Shown here: positions 12,801-24,585 of the stretch, one piece after another
How positions within the stretch are numbered: the first letter of the stretch is position 1
Layout: each line of letters starts with the position of its first letter
Source of the DNA: Eledone cirrhosa
Lineage: Eukaryota
Direction: 5' to 3'
DNA length: 64,000 nt
Assembly (NCBI GenBank): GCA_964016885.1
Contig: OZ024760.1
Span: forward strand, 29,822,001-29,886,000
Notes under the pieces: model-generated
What the model was told of the DNA's origin: nothing
What the model saw: the letters and a program-made list of their open reading frames with translations, nothing else
The model's database searches: none
Translations under genes and position numbers: made by a program

Positions 12801-15800
12801 TGTAATGTAATGTGTAATGTAATGTAATGTAACATGTAATGTAATGTAATGTAATGTAATGTAATGTGTAATGTAATGTAATGTAACGTAATGTAATGTG
12901 TAATGTAATGTAATGTAATGTAATATAATGAAATGTAATGTAATGTGTAAAGTAATGTAATGGAAAGTGTAATGTAATGTAATGTAATGTCATGTAATGT
13001 GTAATGTAATGTGTAATGTAATGTAATGTAATGTAAAGTAATATATGTAATGTAATGTAATGTAATGTAATGTAAAGTAATATATGTAATGTAATGTAAT
13101 GTAATGTAATCTAATGTAATGTAATGTAATGTGTAATGTAATGTAATGTAACGTAATGTAATGTGTAATGTAATGTAATGTGTAATGTAATGTAATGTAA
13201 TGTAATGTGTAATGTAATGACATGTAATGTAATGTGTAATGTAATGTAATGTAATATAATGTAATGTAATGTAACGTGTAATATAATGTAATGTAATGTA
13301 ACGTGTAATGTAATGTAATGTAATGTAATGTGTAATGTAATGTAATATAATGTAACGTAATGTAATGTAATGTAATGTGTAATGAAATGTAATGTAATGT
13401 AATGTAATGTAATGTAATGTGTAATGTAATGTAATGTGTAATGTAATGTAATGTAATGTGTAATGTAATGTAATGTAATGTAATGTAATGTGTAATGTAA
13501 TGTAACGTAATGTAATGTAATGTGTAATGTAATGTAATGTAATGTAATGTGTAATGTAATGTAATGTGTAATGTGTAATGTAATGTAATGTAATATAATG
13601 TAACGTAATGTAATGTAATGTAATGTGTAATGAAATGTAATGTAATGTAATGTAATGTAATGTAATGTGTAATGTAATGTAATGTAATGTAGTGTGTAAT
13701 GTAATGTAATGTGTAATGTAATGTAATGTAATGAAATGTAATGTAATGTAATGTGTAATGTAATGTAATGTAATGTAATGTGTAAGGTAATGTAATGTAA
13801 TGTAATGTAATGTGTAATGTAATGTAATGTAATGTAATGTGTAATGTAATGTAATGTAATTTGTAATGTACTGTAATCTAATGTACTGTAATGTAATGTA
13901 ATGTAATGTAATGTAATGTAATGTAATGTGTAATATAATGTAATGTAATGTAATGTAGTGTGTAATGTAATGTAAGGTAATGTGTAATGTAATGTAATGT
14001 GTAATGTAATGTAATGTAATGTAATATGTAATGTAATGTAATGTTATGTAATGTAATGTAATGTAATGTAATGTAATGTAATGTAATGTAATGTAATGTG
14101 TAATGTAATGTAATGTAATGTAATGTGTAATGTAATGTGTAACGTAATGTAATGTAATGTAATGTGTAATGTAATGTAATGTAATGTGTAATGTAATGTA
14201 ATGTAATGTAATGTAATGTAATGTGTAATGTAATGTAATGTAACGTGTAATGTAATGTAATGTAATGTAATGTAATGTGTAATGTAATGTAATGTGTAAT
14301 GTAATGTAATGTAATGTAATGTAATGTGTAATGTAATGTAATGTAACATGTAATGTAATGTAATGTAATGTAATGTAATGTGTAATGTAATGTAATGTAA
14401 CGTAATGTAATGTGTAATGTAATGTAATGTAATGTAATATAATGAAATGTAATGTAATGTGTAATGTAATGTTATGTAATGTAGTGTGTAATGTAATGTA
14501 ATGTAATGTAATGTAATGTACTGTAATGTGTAATGTAATGTAATGTAATGTGTAATGTAATGTAATGTAATATAATGTAATGTAATGTGTAATGTAATGT
14601 AATGTAATGTAATGTGTAATGTAATGTAATGTAGTGTGTAATGTAATGTAATGTAATATAATGTAATGTAACGTAATCTAATGTAATGTAATGTAATGTA
14701 ATGTAATGTAAGGTAATGTAATATAATATAATGCGTAATGTAATGTAATGTAATGTAATGTGTAATGAAATGTAATGTAATGTAATGTAACGTAATTTAA
14801 TGTAATGTAATGTAATGTAATGTAATTTGTAATGTAATGTAATGTAATGTGTAAAGTAATGTAATGGAAAGTGTAATGTAATGTAATGTAATGTCATGTA
14901 ATGTGTAATGTAATGTGTAATGTAATGTAATGTAATGTAAAGTAATATATGTAATGTAATGTAATGTAATGTAATGTAAAGTAATATATGTAATGTAATG
15001 TAATGTAATGTAATCTAATGTAATGTAATGTAATGTGTAATGTAATGTAATGTAACGTAATGTAATGTGTAATGTAATGTAATGTGTAATGTAATGTAAT
15101 GTAATGTAATGTGTAATGTAATGACATGTAATGTAATGTGTAATGTAATGTAATGTAATATAATGTAATGTAATGTAACGTGTAATATAATGTAATGTAA
15201 TGTAACGTGTAATGTAATGTAATGTAATGTAATGTGTAATGTAATGTAATATAATGTAACGTAATGTAATGTAATGTAATGTGTAATGAAATGTAATGTA
15301 ATGTAATGTAATGTAATGTAATGTGTAATGTAATGTAATGTGTAATGTAATGTAATGTAATGTGTAATGTAATGTAATGTAATGTAATGTAATGTGTAAT
15401 GTAATGTAACGTAATGTAATGTAATGTGTAATGTAATGTAATGTAATGTAATGTAATGTAATGTGTAATGTAATGTAATGTGTAATGTGTAATGTAATGT
15501 AATGTAATATAATGTAACGTAATGTAATGTAATGTAATGTGTAATGAAATGTAATGTAATGTAATGTAATGTAATGTAATGTGTAATGTAATGTAATGTA
15601 ATGTAGTGTGTAATGTAATGTAATGTGTAATGTAATGTAATGTAATGAAATGTAATGTAATGTAATGTGTAATGTAATGTAATGTAATGTAATGTGTAAG
15701 GTAATGTAATGTAATGTAATGTAATGTGTAATGTAATGTAATGTAATGTAATGTGTAATGTAATGTAATGTAATTTGTAATGTACTGTAATCTAATGTAC
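9900..15800. repeat. Tandem ~1.5-kb higher-order repeat (3-4 near-identical units); boundaries approximate
   Basis: Rare marker GACATG at 10181, 11705, 13219 and 15123 (periods 1524, 1514, 1904). The identical 77-aa pseudo-ORF recurs at 9952, 11476 and 12990. Confidence 0.85.
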
Positions 15801-15922
15801 TGTAATCTAATGTAATGTAATGTAATGTAATGTAATGTAATGTGTAATGTAATGTAATGTAAAGTGTAATGTAATGTAATGTAATGTGTATTGTAATGTA
15901 ATGTATTGTAATGTAATTTAAT

Positions 15923-16110
15923 TGTTTCTAATTTAGGCACAAGGGCAGCAATTACCCTGTGCATTACTGGTACTTTATTTTATCGACCCCGTAAGGATGA
16001 AAAGCAAAGTTAACCTCGGTGGGATTTGAACTCAGATCGTAAAGGGACGTAACTATGCTGGAAAGCATGGCGTCCGACCCTCTACCGATACTGCCAATCC
16101 ATCGCCGTTT
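15923..16110 (-). mobile_element. tRNA-derived SINE-like element, copy 2
   Basis: Same 188-bp sequence and junctions (tgtttct...gccgttt on +). Private variants gtTaacc and aTcgcc; aatcc subtype. Confidence 0.88.
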
Positions 16111-17568
16111 GTAATGTAATGTAATGTAATGTAATGTAATTTTTAATGTAACGTAATGTAATTTAATGTAATGTAATGTGTAATGTAACGTAATGTAATG
16201 TGTAATGTAATGTGTAATGTAATGTAATGTGTAATGTAATGTAACGTAATTTAATGTAATGTAATGTAATGTAATGTAATTTGTAATGTAATGTAATGTA
16301 ATGTGTAAAGTAATGTAATGGAAAGTGTAACGTAATGTAATGTAATGTAATGTCATGTAATGTGTAATGTAGTGTAATGTAATGTAATGTAATGTAATGT
16401 AATGTAATGTGTAATGTAATGTGTAATGTAATGTAATGTAAAGTAATATATGTAATGTAATGTAATGTAATGTAATCTAATGTAATGTAATGTAATGTGC
16501 AATGTAATGAAATGTAACGTAATGTAATGTGTAATGTAATGTAATGTGTAATGTAATGTAATGTGATGTAATGTAATGTGTAATGTAATGTAATGTAATG
16601 TAATGTAATGTGTAATGTAATGTAATGTGTAATGTAATGTAATGTAATATAATGTAATGTAATGTAATGTAACGTGTAATAAAATGTAATGTAATGTAAT
16701 GTAATGTAATGTAATGTAATGTAATGTAATGTAATCTGTAAGGCAATGTAATGTAATGTAATGTAATGTAATGTAATATAATGTGTAATGTGTAATGTAA
16801 TGTAATGTAATGTGTAATGTAATGTAATGTAATGTGTAATGTAATGTAGTGTGTAATGTAATGTAATGTAATGTAATGTAATTTGTAATGTAATGTAATG
16901 TAATGTAATGTAATGTGTAATGTAATGTAATGTAATGTAATGTAATGTAATGTGTAATGTAATGTAATGTAATGTAATGTAATGTGTAATGTAATGTAAC
17001 GTAATGTAATGTAATGTGTAATGTAATGTAATGTAATGTAATGTGTAATGTAATGTAATGTGTAATGTGTAATGTAATGTAATGTAATATAATGTAATGT
17101 AATGTAATGTGTAATGAAATGTAATGTAATGTAATGTAATGTAATGTAATGTGTAATGTAATGTAATGTAATGTAGTGTGTAATGTAATGTAATGTAATG
17201 TGTAATGTAATGTAATGAAATATAATGTAATGTAATGTGTAATGTAATGTAATGTAATGTAATGTGTAAGGTAATGTAATGTAATGTAATGTGTAATGTA
17301 ATGTAATGTAATCTAATGTGTAATGTAATGTAATGTAATTTAATGTAATGTAATGTAATGTAATGTAATGTAATGTAATGTGTAATGTAAAATAATGTAA
17401 TGTGTAATGTAATGTAATGTAATTTGTAATGTACTGTAATCTAATGTAATGTAATGTAATGTAATGTAATGTGTAATGTAATGTAATGTAATGGCATGTG
17501 TAATGTAATGTGTAATGTAATGTAATGTAATGTGTATTGTAATGTAATGTATTGTAATGTAATGTAAT

Positions 17569-17756
17569 TGTTTCTAATTTAGGCACAAGGGCAGCAATTA
17601 CCCTGTGCATTACTGGTACTTTATTTTATCGACCCCGTAAGGATGAAAAGCAAAGTCAACCTCGGTGGGATTTGAACTCAGATCGTAAAGGGACGTAACT
17701 ATGCTGGAAAGCATGGCGTCCGACCCTCTACCGATACTGCCAAACCACCGCCGTTT
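17569..17756 (-). mobile_element. tRNA-derived SINE-like element, copy 3
   Basis: Same 188-bp sequence and junctions; aaacc subtype; no private variant seen. Confidence 0.88.
17667..17742 (-). promoter_or_regulatory. Internal RNA polymerase III type-2 promoter (A box 17731-17742, B box 17667-17679); equivalent in all eight copies
   Basis: Minus strand TGGCAGTATCGG resembles the A box (TRGCnnAnnnGG) and GAGTTCAAATCCC matches the B box core GTTCRAnnC. Order and spacing are tRNA-like. Activity cannot be shown from sequence. Confidence 0.7.
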
Positions 17757-18249
17757 GTAATGTAATGTAATGTAATGTAATTTTTAATGTAACATAATGT
17801 AATTTAATGTAATGTAATGTTTAATGTAATGTAATATAATGAAAATGTAATGTAATGTGTAATGTAATGTGTAATGTAATGTAATGTAATGTAATGTAAT
17901 GTATTGTAATGTAATGTAATGTAATGTAATGTAATGTGTAATGTAATGTAATGTAATGTAATGTAATGTAATGTAATGTAATGTTTAATGTAGTGTAATG
18001 TAATGAAATGTAATGTAATGTAATGTAATGTAATGTTTAATGTAATGTAATGTAATGTAATGTAATTTTTAATGTAATGTAATGTAATGTAATGTAATGT
18101 AATTTAATGTCTAATGTAATGTAATGTAATGTAATTTAATGTAATGTAGTGTAATGTAATGAAATGTAATGTAATGTGTAATGTAATGTAATGTAATGTA
18201 ATGTAATGTAATGTAATGTAATGTATTGTGTAATGTATTGTAATGTAAT

Positions 18250-18394
18250 TTAATTTAATTTAATTTAATTTAATTTAATTTAATTTAATTTAATTTAATT
18301 TAATTTAATTTAATTTAATTTAATTTAATTTAATTTAATTTAATTTAATTTAATTTAATTTAATTTAATTTAATTTAATTTAATTTAATTTAAT
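18250..18394. repeat. Pure (TTAAT)29 block embedded in register in the GTAAT array
   Basis: 145 bp of uninterrupted TTAAT, followed by an unusually pure (GTAAT)20 at 18395-18494. Confidence 0.96.
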
Positions 18395-20724
18395 GTAATG
18401 TAATGTAATGTAATGTAATGTAATGTAATGTAATGTAATGTAATGTAATGTAATGTAATGTAATGTAATGTAATGTAATGTAATGTAATGTAATGTGATG
18501 TAATGTTTAATGAGATGTAATGTAATGTAATGTAATGTTTAATGTAATGTAATGTGTAATATAATGTAATGTAATGTAATGTGTAATGTAGTGTAATATA
18601 ATGTAATGTAATGTGTAATGTAATGTAATGTAATGTAATGTAATGTAATGTAATGTAATGTGTAATGTAATGTAATGTAATGTGTAATGTAATGTAATGT
18701 AATGTAATGTAATGTAATGTAATGCAATGTAATGTAATGTAATGTAATGTAATGTGTAATGTAATGTAATGTAATGTAATGTAACGTGTAATGTAATGTA
18801 ATGTAATGTAATGTGTAATGTAATGTAATGTAATGTAATGTAATGTAATGTAATGTAATGTGTAATGTAATGTGTAATGTAATGTAATGTAATGTAATGT
18901 AACGTGTAATGTAATGTAATGTAATGTAATGTGTAATGTAATGTAATGTAATGTAATGTAATGTGTAATGTAATGTAATGTAATGTAATGTGTAATGTAA
19001 TGTAATGTAATGTAGTGTGTAATGTAATGTAATGTAATGTAATGTAATGTCCTGTAATGTGTAATGTAATGTAATGTAATGTGTAATGTAATGTAATATA
19101 ATGTAATGTAATGTGTAATGTAATGTAATGTAATGTAATGTGTAATGTAATGTAATGTAATGTAGTGTGTAATGTAATGTAATGTAATGTAATGTAATGT
19201 AATGTAATGTAATGTAATGTAACGTAATGTAATGTAATGTAATGTAATGTAATGTAATGTAATGTAATGTAATGTAATGTAATATAATATAATGCGTAAT
19301 GTAATGTAATGTAATGTAATGTGTAATGTAATGTAATGTAATGTAACGTAATTTAATGTAATGTAATGTAATGTAATGTAATTTGTAATGTAATGTAATG
19401 TGATGTGTAAAGTAATGTAATGGAAAGTGTAATGTAATGTAATGTAATGTCATGCAATGTGTAATGTAGTGTAATGTAATGTAATGTAATGTAATGTAAT
19501 GTGTAATGTAATGTGTAATGTAATGTAATGTAATGTAATGTAAAGTAATATATGTAATGTAATGTAATGTAATGTAAAGTAATATATGTAATGTAATGTA
19601 ATGTAATGTAATCTAATGTAATGTAATGTAATGTGTAATGTAATGTAATGTAACGTAATGTAATGTGTAATGTAATGTAATGTGTAATGTAATGTAATGT
19701 GTAATGTAATGTAATGTAATATAATGTAATGTAATGTAATGTAATGTAATGTAATGTAATGTAACGTGTAATGTAATGTAATGTAATGTAATGTGTAATG
19801 TAATGTAATGTAATGTAATGTAATGTAATGTAATGTAATGTGTAATGTGTAATGTAATGTAATGTAATATGTAATGTAATGTAATGTAATGTGTAATGTA
19901 ATGTAATGTAATGTGTAATGTAATGTAATGTAACGTAATGAAATGTAATGTAATGTAATGTGTAATGTAATGTAATGTAATGTAGTGTGTAATGTAATGT
20001 AATGTAATGTAATGTGTAATGTAATGTAATGTAATGTAATGTAATGTAATGTGTAATGTAATGTAATGTAATGTAATGTGTAATGTAATGTAATGTGTAA
20101 TGTAATATAATGTAACGTAATATAATGTAATGTAATGTGTAATGAAATGTAATGTAATGTAATGTAATGTAATGTAATGTGTAATGTAATGTAATGTAAT
20201 GTAGTGTGTAATGTAATGTAATGTAATGTAATGTGTAATGTAATGTAATGAAATGTAATGTAATTTGTAATGTAATGTAATGTAATGTAATGTGTAAGCT
20301 AATGTAATGTAAGGTAATGTAATGTAATGTGTAATTTAATGTAATGTAATGAAATGTAATGTGTAATGTAATGTAATGTAATTTGTAATGTACTGTAATC
20401 TAATGTAATGTAATGTAATGCAATGGAATGTGTAATGTAATGTGTAATGTAATGTAATGTAATCTAATGTAATATAATGGAATGTGTAATGTAATGTGTA
20501 ATGTACTGTAATCTAATGTAATGTAATGTAATGTAATGGAATGTGTAATGTAATGTACTGTAATCTAATGTAATGTAATGTAATGTAATGGAATGTGTAA
20601 TGTAATGTGTAATGTACTGTAATCTAATGTAATGTAATGTAATGTAATGGAATGTGTAATGTAATGTGTAATGTAAGGTAATGTAATGTGTAATGTAATG
20701 TAATGTATTGTAATGTAATGTAAT

Positions 20725-20912
20725 TGTTTCTAATTTAGGCACAAGGGCAGCAATTACCCTGTGCATTACTGGTACTTTATTTTATCGACCCCGTTAGGAT
20801 GAAAAGCAAAGTCAACCTCGGTGGGATTTGAACTCAGATCGTAAAGGGACGTAACTATGCTGGAAAGCATGGCGTCCGACCCTCTACCGATACTGCCAAT
20901 CCACCGCCGTTT
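20725..20912 (-). mobile_element. tRNA-derived SINE-like element, copy 4
   Basis: Same 188-bp sequence and junctions; private variant ccgtTagg; aatcc subtype. Confidence 0.88.
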
Positions 20913-23003
20913 GTAATGTAATGTAATGTAATGTAATTTTTAATGTAACGTAATGTAATTTAATGTAATGTAATGTGTAATGTAATGTAATGTAATGAAA
21001 ATGTAATGTAATGTGTAATGTAATGTGTAATGTAATGTAATGTGTAATGTAATGTAATGTAATGTAATGTAATGTGTAATGTAATGTAATTTAATGTAAT
21101 GTAATGTAATGTAATGTAATGTTTAATATAGTGTAATGTAATGTAATGTAATGTAATGTAATGTAATGTAATGTAATGTTTAATGTAATGTAATGTAATG
21201 TAATGTAATGTAATGTAATTTTTAATGTATTGTAATGTAATGTAATGTAATGTAATTTAATGTGTAATGTAATGTAATGTAATGTAACGTAATGTAGTGT
21301 AATGTAATGAAATGTAATGTAATGTGTAATGTAATGTAATGTAATGTAATGTAGTGTGTAATGTAATGTAAGGTAATGTGTAATGTAATGTAATGTGTAA
21401 TGTAATGTAATGTAATGTAATATGTAATGTAATGTAATGTAATGTAATGTAATGTGTAATGTAATGTAATGTAATGTAATGTGTAATGTAATGTGTAACG
21501 TAATGTAATGTAATGTAATGTGTAATGTAATGTAATGTAATGTAATGTGTAATGTAATGTAATGTAATGTAATGTAATGTAATGTAATGTAATGTAATGT
21601 AATGTAATGTAATGTGTAATGTAATGTAATGTGTAATGTAATGTAATGTAATGTAATGTAATGTGTAATGTAATGTAATGTAATGTAACGTGTAATGTAA
21701 TGTAACGTAATGTAATGTAATGTGTAATGTAATGTAATGTAACGTAATGTAATGTGTAATGTAATGTAATGTAATGTAATATAATGTAATGTAGTGTGTA
21801 ATGTAATGTAATGTAGTGTGTAATGTAATGTAATGTAATGTAACGTAATGTAATGTACTGTAATGTGTAATGTAATGTAATGTAGTGTGTAATGTAATGT
21901 AATGTAATATAATGTAATATAATGTAATGTAATGTGTAATGTAATGTAATGTAATGTAATGTGTAATGTAATGTAATGTAAACGTAGTGTGTAATGTAAT
22001 GTAATGTAATATAATGTAATGTAACGTAATGTAATGTAATGTAATGTAATGTAATGTAAGGTAATGTAATATAATATAATGCGTAATGTAATGTAATGTA
22101 ATGTAATGTGTAATGTAATGTAATGTAATGTAACGTAATTTAATGTAATGTAATGTAATGTAATGTAATTTGTAATGTAATGTAATGTAATGTGTAAAGT
22201 AATGTAATGGAAAGTGTAATGTATTGTAATGTAATGTCATATAATGTGTAATGTAGTGTAATGTAATGTAATGTAATGTAATGTAATGTGTAATGTAATG
22301 TGTAATGTAATGTAATGTAATGTAATGTAAAGTAAAATATGTAATGTAATGTAATGTAATGTAATGTAATGTAAAGTAATATATGTAATGTAATGTAATG
22401 TAATGTAATCTAATGTAATGTAATGTAATGTGTAATGTAATGTAATGTAACGTAATGTAATGTGTAATGTAATGTAATGTGTAATGTAATGTAATGTAAT
22501 GTAGTGTGTAATGTAATGTAATATAATGTAATGTAAGGTAATGTAATGTGTAATGTAATGTAATGTAATGTAATGTAATGTGTAATGTAAATAATGTGTA
22601 ATGTGTAATGTAATGTAATGTAATGTAATGTAATATAATGTAACGTAATGTAATGTAATGTGTAATGAAATGTAATGTAATGTAATGTAATGTAATGTAA
22701 TGTAGTGTGTAATGTAATGTAATGTGTAATGTAATGTAATGAAATGTAATGTAATGTGTAAGGTAATGTAATGTAATGTAATGTAATGTAATGTGTAATG
22801 TAATGTAATGTGTAATGTAATGTAATGTAATGTAATGTAATGTAATGTAATGTGTAATGTAATGTAATGTAATGTGTAATGTAATGTAATGTAATTTGTA
22901 ATGTACTGTAATCTAATGTAATGTAATGTAATGTGTAATGTAATGTAATGTAATGTGTAATGTAATGTGTATTGTAATGTAATGTATTGTAATGTAATGT
23001 AAT

Positions 23004-23191
23004 TGTTTCTAATTTAGGCACTAGGGCAGCAATTACCCTGTGCATTACTGGTACTTTATTTTATCGACCCCGTAAGGATGAAAAGCAAAGTCAACCTCTG
23101 TGGGATTTGAACTCAGATCGTAAAGGGACGTAACTATGCTGGAAAGCATGGCGTCCGACCCTCTACCGATACTGCCAATCCACCGCCGTTT
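23004..23191 (-). mobile_element. tRNA-derived SINE-like element, copy 5
   Basis: Same 188-bp sequence and junctions; private variants gcacTagg and cctcTgtgg; aatcc subtype. Confidence 0.88.
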
Positions 23192-24397
23192 GTAATGTAA
23201 TGTAATGTAATGTAATGTAATTTTTAATGTAACGTAATGTAATTTAATGTAATGTAATGTGTAATGTAATGTAATGTAATGAAAATGTAATGTAATGTGT
23301 AATGTAATGTGTAATGTAATGTAATGTGTAATGTAATGTAACGTAATTTAATGTAATGTAATGTAATTTGTAATGTAGTGCAATGTAATGTAATGTAATG
23401 TAATGTAATGTAATGTGTAATGTAATGTGTAATGTAATGTAATGTAATGTAATGTAATGTAATGTAAAGTAATATATGTAATGTAATGTAATGTAAGGTA
23501 ATCTAATGTAATGTAATGTAATGTTTAATGTAATGTAATGTAACGTAATGTAATGCGTAATGTAATGTGTAATGTAATGTAATGTAATATAATGTAATGT
23601 AATGTAATGTAACGTGTAATATAATGTAATGTAATGTAATGTAATGTAATGTAATGTAATGTAATGTGTAAGGTAATGTAATGTAATGTAATGTAATGTG
23701 TAATGTGTAATGTAATGTAATGTAATGTAATGTAATGTGTAATGTAATGTAATGTAATGTAATGTAATGTAATGTAATGTGTAATGTAATGTAATGTAAT
23801 GTAGTGTGTAATGTAATGTAATGTAATGTGTAATGTAATGTAATTTAATGTAATGTGTAATGTAATGTAACGTAATGTAATGTAATGTGTAATGTAATGT
23901 AATGTAATGTGTAATGTATAATGTAATGTAACGTAATATAATTTAATGTAATGTAATGTGTAAAGAAATGTAATGTAATGTAATGTAATGTGTAATGTAA
24001 TGTAATGTAATGTAGTGTGTAATGTAAAGTAATGTGTAATGTAATGTAATGAAATGTAATGTAATGTAATGTGTAATGTAATGTAATGTAATGTAATGTG
24101 TAAGATAATGTAATGTAATGTAATGTGTAATGTAATGTAATGTAATGTAATGTGTAATGTAATGTAATGTAATGTAATGTAATGTAATGTAATGTAATGT
24201 AATGTAATGTAATGTGTAATGTAATGTAATGTGTAATGTAATGTAATGTAATTTGTAATGTACTGTAATCTAATGTAATGTAATGTAATGTAATGTAATG
24301 TGTAATGTAATGTAATGTAATGGAATGTGTAATGTAATGTGTAATGTAATGTAATGTAATGTGTATTGTAATGTAATGTATTGTAATGTAATGTAAT

Positions 24398-24585
24398 TGT
24401 TTCTAATTTAGGCACAAGGGCAGCAATTACCCTGTGCATTACTGGTTCTTTATTTTATCGACCCCGTAAGGATGAAAAGCAAAGTCAACCTCGGTGGGAT
24501 TTGAACTCAGATCGTAAAGGGACGTAACTATGCTGGAAAGCATGGCGTCCGACCCTCTACCGATACTGCCAAACCACCGCCGTTT
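24398..24585 (-). mobile_element. tRNA-derived SINE-like element, copy 6
   Basis: Same 188-bp sequence and junctions; private variant ggtTcttt; aaacc subtype. Confidence 0.88.

Noticed and set aside
15964-16356. 130-aa ORF with a complex C-terminus (KRRWIGSIGRG...)
   Set aside because: Chance read-through of SINE copy 2 from a satellite ATG; it is a translation of the tRNA-like head.
17655-17752. Functional tRNA or 5S rRNA gene cluster
   Set aside because: A and B boxes are present but there is no canonical anticodon arm or well-paired T stem, no 5S similarity that I recognise, and the head is followed by a SINE-type body.
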